A stretch of DNA of 64,000 nucleotides, taken from assembly GCA_051294905.1 (NCBI GenBank), contig CM119372.1, forward strand, positions 17,734,001 to 17,798,000. Reading direction: 5' to 3'. Numbering within the stretch: position 1 is the first letter of the stretch; each line of letters starts with the position of its first letter. Below the pieces are notes generated by a model. The model ran no database searches. It was given only the letters and a program-made list of their open reading frames with translations, and was not told where the DNA came from. Source of the DNA: Botryllus schlosseri (Eukaryota). This document shows positions 13,219-24,126 of this stretch, piece by piece. The translations under genes were made by a program, and so were the position numbers.

Positions 13219-14723
13219 TACGGCAGGGGTGGGCAAACTACGGCCCGCGGGCCGCATGCGGCCCGCAACACCGTTCTGTGCGGCCCGCGAGAGTCTAAAG
13301 ATACTTTTTTAAAATATTGATAAAATATATACTAAATATCGAATTCATGTAGGGACTTGATTAAACTTTTTCTTAGTATATTTCACCATTATAATTTTAC
13401 GACAATGGTTACCAAACTGGGGTGCACCCCCTCCTTGGGGGTGTGAAGGCATCTAAAGGGGGCGCGAAGCTGAGCTCAATTGAAAAAATTTTCGCGCTCC
13501 GCGCGATTGTAATCCAATTCATAATCATTGCTCTGTATTTAGTATGAATTTCATAGTTAGCGTAACCTTCCATGCCATCAAACTATCCGTTAGGTTTGCG
13601 TTTCACCATCATATCGGGGGCTTAACAAGTTTGAGAACCACTGTTCTAAGGTAAATACTTCCTATTATAACTTTTATGTTTAATTTCTTGCGCGACAGCT
13701 CGATCTCAAGGCCCACACAGTTTGAGAGGTTTCAACTGCTAAACATCACAGAAATCCTAAACGAGATTGACATAACCCGGATCACGAGTGGGATTTCAGA
13801 TTGGCCACTACAGTTTTAATTATCTCAGTGATGTGCTTATAAAAACGATTTGCGCGTGTCTTAGGTAGATTCGCTCTCGGTATACGTAGAATTGGGGTAT
13901 CTATATTTTATCTACACATAGTAGAAGTGTGTTTGAAGCTGACATGGTTATGATGCTGTCAGCATTGTGTGTCCTGGAACTGAGCCAAAAGTGGAAATTG
14001 TAAATCTATGAACAGATTGCTGCTCACAGACTTAAATTTCAATCCGGTTCTAACCGACTTTCATCTCTATAGTTTTGACAAATTGGTTATTGAGGTCAAC
14101 CAGCCGATGAAATCTCGCCACTATATGTTCTGACGCGAGTACGATATCATCAAAGCAATGTTTCGTTTGTTTTAAATAACCACATATATTATCTCCATGT
14201 CCTCACTATATTATCAAATACCAATATTGCGTTTTGGTTTATAATCCTAATTTTATATAGTGCGGCCCGCGAATGGATTTAGATGTTGAATGCGGCCCGC
14301 GAGCTCAAAAGTTTGCCCACCCCTGGGCTACGGGGAAGCGAGTGGCGCAGTGTGCTAAGCGAGCGGTCACGACACCAATGGTTCTTGGTTCGAGTCTCGG
14401 CTCTACCATGTTTCTATGTGTCGGAGGTTATCTGGGCTCCTCATCGCCGATCCCACTGTACTAACAGTGTGTTGAAAAGCCCAGACACGGAGCAAGCCAC
14501 GCTCTCATAAAGTCGGCAGCTGAGACCCGAAGACGGACGCATGCAAGAGAAAGAGTGAAAGAGTGAATGCGCTGAGTGAAAGTCGTCCAACGAAGCAATG
14601 CATGATGTTGAAGATACTGACTGTACGATGAATCTGAACTGTACTATGAAACTGAACTGTACCTATATCTGTGTCGTGGCGCACAAGGCCTAAACGGCAA
14701 TACCCGTGCAATAATAATAATAA
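13219..14723 (+). mobile_element. tRNA-derived SINE with (AAT)n tail, interrupted near its 5' end by a MITE
   Basis: A box TGGCGCAGTG and B box GGTTCGAGTC at about 14343-14396. (AAT)n tail at 14710-14726. 13-bp TSD TAACTGGTCCGGC (13206-13218 / 14724-14736). Confidence 0.8.
13224..14325. mobile_element. hAT-Charlie MITE
   Basis: TIRs CAGGGGTGGGCAAAC...GTTTGCCCACCCCTG. Perfect TSD GGCTACGG. Contains another MITE at 13403-13643. Confidence 0.9.
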
Positions 14724-15800
14724 TAACTGGTCCGGCCCGCGAGCGATCTGAAGGTTTGAATCCGGCCCGCGACGCCAGTTGAGTTTGATACCCCTGCTCT
14801 AGGGTCTAGATTACTACAGATGACTAACCTATGGGTAGCTTAGTGATCTATATAGACCAGGGATGGCCAACCTTTTCGGCTATAGGGGCACATGCAATTG
14901 ACGAACGAGTGCGCGGTCCACTAGCGCCAAGCGGGAAAAATTTTCAAAGTTTCTAAGTGAACTAGGTCAATAATATTATTACTTGAGTATATTGCGGGTC
15001 TACTGTATACTGCCCGCTAGGCGCAGTTTGCAAGGACACGACTATTCGGTGTCTAGACACATCGATATCGAAGATTTCCGGTAATATGCGACATTCATTT
15101 TGTGCTTACATTTCATCGTCGACGATCTTTCTGCGAGCGCAAACGCGAAAAGACTTATCCTCCCGTAATTGCTAATACAGTTAGACTCAATCGGGTAAAT
15201 TAGGCGTTTTTTTTTTCATTTTCAGGAGAGGGTAGGCTACCAAGCAAGAAATCGTGTGACAATTAAACACGTGACGCGTGAAGAAAAATTTCATTACGAT
15301 TTTACTTTATTGTAATGTACGACGATTTATTAAAAATGTGACTGGACCCTGGATCTGCCAATGCGTCGGAACGGATATTTTAGTCATCAACATCCCAAGT
15401 GTCTCAGCCAGACTTGAATACTTTGTTGCGCCGATAGCAGACGATATATCTAAAAATAAGATCTTATGCTAGCTTTCACACTCTATTTAAAGAGCCCTGG
15501 TGGACAAACTCCATCCCTATAATTTCTTTGTGTCATATGTAGCGATGTAGGTTGCCTAATCAACGAAGACGGAACGTAAAATAAATACGGGATTATTTGG
15601 ATCACAACTCTAGCTCATGACATGAAAAACTAGTGTGACAACGCACTGTTAGCAGTAAAATTGGGATATCATCTACAAAATTATATATAAAACGTATCGT
15701 CCCATTAGAATATTACAATTTTACACCGCTACAATCATTAGGGATTTTGCAACAGCGGATCAAATGTCTGATTCCCCCGCCGTGGTGTGGATCTTACTAA

Positions 15801-17986
15801 CAGTGTTGGGATGACTCGAGTCATGACTTGACTCGAGTCTGACTCGAGTCACCTTTTTCATATGACTTGACTTGACTCGAGTCACTTTGGCAAAATGACT
15901 TGACTTGACTCGGCGCTTTAGAAATGTGGATTGACTCGTGACTCGAAGCAAAATTCACGAGTCAATTTCGAGTCATCAAGTAAACGTTGTCGGTTAAATC
16001 TCTGCATCTTGTGTATGTTCGGATTGTTCGCGATACGCCGGTGTCACTTGTGAAAGCAACCAGTCATTCACTGATAGTACGTTTCACTGATCCTCCATTG
16101 TTATATGACAAACAAATTGACGGCAAACGAAATTATCACAGCTTACGTTGCCGTAGTAGTAGTAGATTAATCTAGTAGTAACGTATCTCTGTTTCTTAGA
16201 CGGCTCAGTGGCCAGTGCTAACATTGCGCATAGCGCTCACATTTACCAATCCTCTTGTATGATTTAAATCAGGGGTCGCCAACTCAAAATGGGTCGCGGG
16301 CCACTTTTCCAAATTCCTGGAGACCGCGGGCCGCATGACATCAATATCGATATAAAAGTAGGCAACGCAGTTCAACAACCACGTCTGATAACTCTACGTT
16401 ATTACAACGCTGTGCTTTCTAACATAGGCGACGGTTATAGTCACCACAAAAGAACTAATATTTTATTGAACAAACACAAATACAACAAAAAGTATCATGA
16501 TCATCAATGTCATTATATTTTGGACTATGAGCTGTACACGATACCTGACAATGACAACACTCTTTAGCCGCTAAAACAGGGGTGGCCAACATTTTTGTAA
16601 TTCACGGCCGCATTTCGCGTACTCATGTAGCCTGCGGCCGCATACCGGTGGTTAGTCGTGATAAACTAACTGGGGCCAAATACCCACGTTATCATGTCCA
16701 TGTCCATTGCCGGTACACTCCGAACTAATCTATATGCACATATCGGCTTACTATGCGCACCAAATCGTTAGTAGTTATGTTGTAAAGAGCCACAGAGAAC
16801 CAATCTGTAGTCGCGCGAAGCGCGAAAATTTTTTCCATGTTCATGAGTGAATTTCGTCAATAAATATTAGTATAGTTTCACATATTACTATTAAATATTT
16901 ATCCTTTCTCGGCCAATGTGATCAGATTCCCAGATACAGCTGATGCAGGGGGTATCTGCGAAAACTTAGGGTTGTTATTACAAGTGTCGACAGCCGCATA
17001 ATTTTCCTTCTACTGCTGCAGATTGGCCACCCATGGATTGAAGAATCAATATTGGGGTTAGCTATACACGGTAGGCCTACTTGCTAGACAACTATCTCCT
17101 CGTGAAAGCATGGTCTTTTGGAGCGCCCGAAGTCGTTTTGCAGGCGTCTCGGTCTTGGCAGTGGTGGGCCATTGCACGTCAAGGCAATATGCCCATTCGT
17201 ACCAGCAAATTCTTCATCCATGGAATGATATTACCATGCCGAAGCCGTATCAACTAGTGAGTAATAGTGATAGTGGGCACATAGAATGGCTCACTTTGAA
17301 AAACAACAACATTATGTTTCAATTGAAATCAATTTTAGCGTTTCAACATGATTTACTAAGCGTTTGTCTGAATTTTTTCAAATCAGGCCGCGGGCCGCAA
17401 AATAGGACCTCGCGGGCCGCATGCGGCCCGCGGGCCGCGTGTTGGAGACCCCTGATTTAAATCGAACGAATATAGTTTATGCGTTTATATTCTCACGGAT
17501 GTGTGGATGGTTGGGTATAGTGTATTGTACGATATCAATTTGTTCCAACTTTTCGAGGCTTCGTATTCGATCCTCAATTTTGGATGATAATAACAGACTA
17601 TAACATGTAGCTATACAGTTATTCACCTATTTTATCAGCACTTCTACGTGTGCGTGAGTGGTACAACGTCTTTTTGCATGTATTTAACTTCATATTCGTA
17701 AATTGAATCAAGATAAATGGCCAATTAATCTGTCTTTGATGGAGCGAGCAAAATGTAATCGCTCTGAATCATCACTCATACTTCGAAAATTCACTATGAC
17801 TTGAATTGTGACTTGACTCATGACTTGACTTGACATGACTTGACTCGAGTCACCTCCAAAAAACGAGTGACTTGACTTGACTCGAGTCACCTTCGAAAAT
17901 CGATTGACTTGACTTGACTCGAGTCAAAATGTGCAATGACTCGAGATGACTCGTGACTCGAAGGTAGTGACTTGATCCCAACACTG
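15801..17986. mobile_element. hAT MITE with GACTCGAGTC repeats, hosting nested Charlie MITEs
   Basis: TIRs CAGTGTTGGGAT...ATCCCAACACTG. Perfect TSD CTTACTAA. Confidence 0.9.
16270..17454. mobile_element. Nested hAT-Charlie MITE
   Basis: TIRs CAGGGGTCGCCAAC...GTTGGAGACCCCTG. Perfect TSD ATTTAAAT. Contains another element at about 16577-17035. Confidence 0.9.
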
Positions 17987-20331
17987 CTTACTAATAGCTT
18001 CATCACCAACACCTTCTTCTAGCAGAATGAACCAGATTTAATGAAGTTACAATGCGAGGCCAACTTGGCATAACGTCGCTCCGAGACAAGCTACATATTT
18101 TGTTATTGCATAAATCACAATGATGCTTATATGACATATATACATTGCGTGATGATCATCCGAGCAAAGCGCGGGAAATGACTTCGAAGTTCAACAAATT
18201 GATATAAATATCCATGTAACTGCTACAATCACAGAGTCTACGATTAAAAAAACCTCTTTTGGTAGGCCTAGTTTACGGAGTGGATAAGCGAAATGTAAGC
18301 TCTGGAACGCGACAGCGGTCGAATATCATTCGTGTCTATGATATCCAGATTGAAATAATTATCATTAATATTATATTTTTTCATTTGCGAGTGGCACAAC
18401 TGTATTGTATTTGAATATATGACGACCAGGGTTGATAAGTCTGAGTCGCAATCTGAGATAGGAACTGGAACATGTTCCTATCAGGTCTATATATCGACCT
18501 GTCAGTCAGTTAGTGAATGATTTCCGGGGTATGCAATCGATTTAACAAATCAAAAGCTTGATCATTGTTATGGTTCTGGCAAAACTGCCTGAGTACGGAA
18601 AGCATATCGAAAAGAAAAAGTCATACCATACCATACTTGCACAATGCACATGCACATTCCCATACTGCATACCAAGGATTTCGTTCCATACCATGCCCTG
18701 CTAGTAAGTTCGAGGTTCGCCTACGCAAAAGAACCTGCCGCCGATATCTATGTTTCCTGTCGACTAGGTTGCAGACTACTGCATTGCCATTTCGAACTAC
18801 GAAGTAAATGGTTTACCTAATGCATGAAGTAGGCTACGTAGGTGATATACGTTGTGATATGATCATAAAGCGAGTCTTCCCTTCCGTTCATAGCCGCAAG
18901 TAGAGTCGTTTTTTGTGAAATGACAGCCATTTAGCGTGTGGTGTATGAAATGTTCTGAGAAATCACAATACGCTCAACGAATTTGAGGTTTACTAACAAA
19001 GTAACAATATGTGCTATGTGACAGTTGGTAATTTCCTAAACCAGCAAGCAGTTTTATTGAACATATTTTTGAATTATACGAACTACGGAGACCAATGGCA
19101 AATGTCGCCATCAGTCCAGAGACGATGCCATTGAAGTGTTATGTTACTTTTCAGCGTACTCCAGTAGGCTTAGTTTACCTGCACTTCATTCTCCAGTATT
19201 GTGGTTCAACAACTATCTCCTCGTTCAAAACTCCATTTTTCCCTGGTGGACAAGGAGGTCAATTGTGGATAGGCATCAACCATTTTTCTATGCCATCAAT
19301 CTCGGGCCGCTGTAAAAATGTCAAGAAGAGCTTCTTGGAGGTACAGAACTTCAATATACAATTGAATAGTATATTCATATTGAAATGAGCCCAAATATTT
19401 TCGGCTGACACTCGTCAGGGGTAATCGTCAGCAACTAGTAGAGAAATGGAAAGAACATTGTATATCAACAATCGTTTCACAAAATATGACGTCTCCAGCA
19501 TGAAATTTGGTGAATGAGAGAGCGTTCAATGTACTATTTTTAGGTGGTACACGAACTCCTCTTGTTGACATAGTTTTGGTTGGTGTATTTTGATAAAAGT
19601 CGACTCCAAGGCACACAAATGGAATTGTGAACGGCCTCGCCCTACGATTCGAATTGTTCGAATATTCGGGTTCATTTCAATATGAATATGCTATTTAATT
19701 GTATATTGAAATGTCAAGAACCGTCACTATGTAGCCTTATCGGACACGCGTTAGTCACGGACAGGATACGTATTACGCAATTTTCCTAACACGTTGTGGG
19801 CTGTCAACCATTGAGTATAGGAGACGTCCTTATTCTTTGCTGATCGGTCTTAAGAAACTTCACGACGACACAAATGTGATTCTTATTCAAAATCAGTCAA
19901 GTACATATAAGAAATTTATGATTCTGATATATTTTAACACATCTGAAAGAATCAGTTGAGTACATATAGGCAATTTATGATTCATATATATCTGACATTG
20001 AATAACTTTAGCAGTGGCGGCAGAGGTGTATACCTCTCTTCAATTTCGGATTATAAGCAATGGTTCTATAGAACAGTTTCATGAAATGTCATTAGATCAG
20101 TGGAACAAGTTAGCATTACTGCTTACTGTCAACGACTTTTCATTGATGCAGAACCGGCCAAATAAATGACATTTGCGATAGAACCGCCCAAAGAAAAAAC
20201 TTGAATCCATGCCCTAATTATAACGCCGCCCGGCACCCAATAGTGGCAGGCACATGCATAACCAAAATTTAAAACGATTTCTGGCTAAATCCGCGGTCAC
20301 AGTTAAGGCAATATTTCCCACTGCATCCCGG

Positions 20332-22626
20332 TCAAGTCTTGAAGAAACCGGTAGGAGCTGTATCCACGACATCTACAAAGAGCCTCACTTCGTCTGCGCC
20401 CAGCGAAGGCTGAGCTACATCCTTCGATAAATCCTCGGCGAGCTCTTTCGCTTCTCCGTTTGAAAAGTCTCCGCGTATCGCCAACAACGCCTTCAGCTGG
20501 TCCGCGCTAACGTCGCTGTACTTTGTGACCAACCCCGACAGTTCCAGCGACATCATGCTCTTGTCCTGCAGCTTTATGACTTCGGCGATCGGAATCAAGA
20601 CTTCGCACGGTGACCGTAGATGCGAAGATGCCAGGCGACTAAAAAACGCACTCAGCAGCTCCCGTTCTTTTAACAGCTTTTCGCCTGCACGTTTTCGTTC
20701 CTCGCCTGAACCAAACTTAATCCTCCTGCCCAGTGCGCCCTTCAAGTACTGTACGACGACTCTACGCTCGGCCTCCGCCATTATCCACGAAAAGTATTCG
20801 GGACGCAAGTGTACGAAATCGTTGTAGTAATCTTCTATTGTGACGCAGATTGTTTCGACGATACTCTCATCGTTCAGCCACTGTTTCGTCAGCAGGTTGT
20901 CGCAGTGGATCTGCAAGTCGGTGAAGACTTCATCTAAAAGAAACCCGCACGTCGCCTCAGCAACGTGATTCATTTCAACACAGAATTTGTTAGTCTCATT
21001 CCCCTCTCCGTCAGTGTCTGCGAACGGATTTCCGGGATCGCGATCCATAAGATACAATTCGTTTACGCCGGATTGATCAGAGTCCTTCTTACCGCGATAA
21101 TCTTTCTCCATTTGCTGGGCGAATTCTATAAAAGCTTCACAGTTGTTTGCGATTGCGACCATGTACAACGGGTAGTACGGAGGTAGTTCTCGGTTGCGGA
21201 AATGTTCTTCTTTGTAACTAGTCACGGCTTCGCCGTAAGACCGCACGAAGTTCATCATCTCGCTAATGCAAACATCAAACACCTTCTTCTTTTGATCATC
21301 CGATATGGTTTCGGCAACTTGCATCGTCTGCTTAATCATCTGGAATAGAATGACAGGAAGCGAGGTCTTATGGTATCCATCCGCGTCTGTTTCGGGTTCC
21401 TCTTCCTTTCTCCAATCCTTTGAATCTTGCTGTAACGACTTCAATGTCCAGTCCGATATGTTCGTTCTTGTGGTGATGAAATAATTATCCATCAGTTTGT
21501 CGCTGACTTCATCATCCAACAGACTCGGCAGACGGTTGATGTCTAAATCAAGCTCAGGGCTGCCTAACAGTTCCGGGCTGGTGTAGCCGTTCAACCACGT
21601 CAACAGCGAGATGATCTCGTTGCCTTGAAGTCCTTCCCTAATGAGTTTTTGAAGGTGATTGGATATCGCTAGATGATACCAATGGACGTGCTGTTGAAAA
21701 ATGTTGTACGCCGGCGGGAAACAAGGTTGACAGAGGTTTTTAATCGTTTTGAGGTCGTTCAAGACCTCTTTGCGGATAATTTCAAGGTGACGAACGAGCC
21801 ACATTTTATCGTTTGCCCGTGTTTCGTAGACGTCGCTTTCTATACGTTCATCCACGGCGTCTTTTAATGTTTCCATAGCTTTGTCCCTCCATTGTTTAGG
21901 CCTACAAGGTGGTAGAAATCCTGAAAATCTTTCTTGCTCCTGCAGTTTTATATCAGTACGGTGTTCACGTTCGATAATCCTCAACGCCGTCACAAGCTCG
22001 GTCGTGTCTCTTCTCGCAACGTTCAAAGTATTTTTGAGTACGCGAAACAGCGCCTCGCCGAGTTCAGACGACAGTTTTTCCGCGTCTGCGAAAAACCTCT
22101 GCAGCTGCTTCATATCCGAGGAATTCCCAAGCTTGTGCTGTTCGTACAAAAGCTCATCTCTGGATGACTCCAAATCGATCAGGCACTTGTGAGCTTCCAG
22201 AAACTTACGGTCCCTCATCATGCCCCTGGCCTTTTCCACCTCTTCGGGGACGGCGAAAATGTGTTTCAAATTTTCCATCGCCGCAGCCAATTGACGGTGC
22301 TCCGCACTGACGTCTTTGATGTCTCGCATTTTGTCGCTTAAACTGCCACACGTGGCGTACATCTCGTCGACTTCTGTCATTCTTTTTTCCACATTTTTAA
22401 CTTCCTCTAACGCGTCTTTGAGCTGCGTCAAACCCGCCCGAACGCCGTCTAGTTGGGACTGGACTGCCGCTTTCAAACGTGCTTCGACTGAAGCTTTCTT
22501 TCTGGAAGTTCTTCTGCGGTACTGTTCCACCTTCTCCAATTGATCGGGTCTCATCAGGAGATTGGAAACATATTTTATCGCTTTCTTTTGGGCGTCGGCA
22601 TCAGCGTCATCTATAGACTCCATCAT
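20332..22626 (-). CDS. EXOC3: Exocyst complex component 3 (Sec6), 764 aa, single coding exon
   Basis: RPDQLEKVEQYRRR...KKASVEARLKAAVQSQLDGVRAGL, QLAAAMENLKHIFAVPE, KMWLVRHLE, EPETDADGYHKTSLPVILFQM and LELSGLVTKYSDV are Sec6 motifs. First ATG is at 22626 (the ORF track starts at an upstream TTG), preceded by an acceptor-like TTGTAGCAG. Confidence 0.96.
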   Translation of the reverse strand: MMESIDDADADAQKKAIKYVSNLLMRPDQLEKVEQYRRRTSRKKASVEARLKAAVQSQLDGVRAGLTQLKDALEEVKNVEKRMTEVDEMYATCGSLSDKMRDIKDVSAEHRQLAAAMENLKHIFAVPEEVEKARGMMRDRKFLEAHKCLIDLESSRDELLYEQHKLGNSSDMKQLQRFFADAEKLSSELGEALFRVLKNTLNVARRDTTELVTALRIIEREHRTDIKLQEQERFSGFLPPCRPKQWRDKAMETLKDAVDERIESDVYETRANDKMWLVRHLEIIRKEVLNDLKTIKNLCQPCFPPAYNIFQQHVHWYHLAISNHLQKLIREGLQGNEIISLLTWLNGYTSPELLGSPELDLDINRLPSLLDDEVSDKLMDNYFITTRTNISDWTLKSLQQDSKDWRKEEEPETDADGYHKTSLPVILFQMIKQTMQVAETISDDQKKKVFDVCISEMMNFVRSYGEAVTSYKEEHFRNRELPPYYPLYMVAIANNCEAFIEFAQQMEKDYRGKKDSDQSGVNELYLMDRDPGNPFADTDGEGNETNKFCVEMNHVAEATCGFLLDEVFTDLQIHCDNLLTKQWLNDESIVETICVTIEDYYNDFVHLRPEYFSWIMAEAERRVVVQYLKGALGRRIKFGSGEERKRAGEKLLKERELLSAFFSRLASSHLRSPCEVLIPIAEVIKLQDKSMMSLELSGLVTKYSDVSADQLKALLAIRGDFSNGEAKELAEDLSKDVAQPSLGADEVRLFVDVVDTAPTGFFKT

Positions 22627-23368
22627 TATGTCTGCTACAATATATTCAATTTTATAAAGAGGAGTTGGAGTTGACAAATTTTTGATGTGGAATTTGACAA
22701 CAATAGGACTAGAACTAAGTTAATATATATTGTTATTGATCTTCTACACCTTCTCATCTTCTATACTTCTACACCTTCCTATCTTTTCATTGTATCACAA
22801 TATTGTGGATTAAAATGATAATAAAATGCAACTGAACTAGATCAGAATCAAGCTTGACATAATGCTTCCTGCTTCGGGTGAGAAAAGAAATATTGAATGC
22901 TATTCATGAGCGTCACACCAGAAATAGCGATTAAGCGTGTCAACACTCCACTCAAACTTGCCCCACGTGCAGCAGTAATTGCATAAGCAGCCCTACATAT
23001 CCGTCTGGTCGTCCCTCGACTTGATTCATCTCAATGATGTCGCCGCGATACGATATGGACAACTGGACAAGTGGACATGGACAAATACATAACAACAAAT
23101 ATAGATAAATAAATATTATATCGATAAACAAATGTACCGCGAAAAATGAGTTACAGGTAGGACATACTGATGTCCGACTCAACCACTACATTTGTCGGTC
23201 ACCCAAACACTGTTATCATCATTCACAAGCTGCAAAAGTAAAACGCCTCGGTTAGAAATCGCTGAAGACGGGAAGACGGTGTTCACCAAAGTAATACTAA
23301 ACAGTTCTGATCCACTCAGTTGCGTCAGTATCGTTCGGGAGTCCGCTGTATGTAAATTGTAAATATCG

Positions 23369-23718
23369 TGGGGTTACCATATTTTGCTAACGAGAAAGAA
23401 GGACACTTTTTCAAAAATTTTCAAACTTACAATACCGATGGAAAATACTGAAAAATGGTATATTTTTCTACTACTTCGTAGTCGGTTGACTAAAAAAAAA
23501 GGTCGACTTTTCACTCAGCTCCCGAAATACCCGTCGGAGCGTCACTTCGGTACTGATTTACGGCATCTCAGTCGAATTTTGCTATGAATTTGACCAAAAT
23601 TCCTCAAAAAGAGGACAAAATCTCAAAAAGGAGGACATTTAGGCGTCCTCGGAGGACATTTTCAAAAACACGAAAAAGGAGGACAAATCCTCCTAAAGGA
23701 GGACGTATGGTAACCCTT
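23369..23718. mobile_element. hAT MITE (GGTTACCATA termini, AGGAC repeats) between divergent EXOC3 and TRIT1
   Basis: Ends TGGGGTTACCATA...TATGGTAACCCTT. Perfect TSD AAATATCG. Confidence 0.85.
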
Positions 23719-24126
23719 AAATATCGTTGATTCAGTCGTTCTATAAGTCAAATCAACGGTGGCAGTCCATCACAAAGAACAGAAATAATAATAAATTTAC
23801 AGATCTACTTATTCTAATAAGATTCAATTACCATCACGCCAAATTCGCCAAGTCGTCGATTCAGGAAAATGAATCAGAACTATAACCGTCCATTAGCAAA
23901 CTTGTATCACTTGTAAAAACAAAAACACATTTTATTGTACTATACGTTGCTGCAGTAACAATGTAGATTGTAGATGATGGAGTTTTGATTCATTTGTGTA
24001 TCTGGGGTATTTCCCAGGAAAGGTATTGAAATATCCTTCTTCTTCCTCGCGGCTCAATTTAATCCCAAAAGGGACGCAGGAATTGATGATGGGCTGTAGG
24101 TAGCAGAAAGTTTTGCGATCTACCGC

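Larger units (their letters stand above)
12431..14796. mobile_element. hAT-Charlie MITE hosting nested insertions
   Basis: Ends CAGGAGTGTCAAAC...GTTTGATACCCCTG with GGCCCGC repeats. Flanks CTTTAGAG / CTCTAGGG. Confidence 0.75.

Noticed and set aside
20525..22543. Plus-strand ORFs overlapping EXOC3 (and minus-strand ORFs over POLE2 and KIFBP)
   Set aside because: Antisense shadows of real coding sequence.
22627..22677. 17-aa N-terminal extension of EXOC3 given in the ORF track
   Set aside because: It starts at TTG. The first ATG is at 22626, just after an acceptor-like site.
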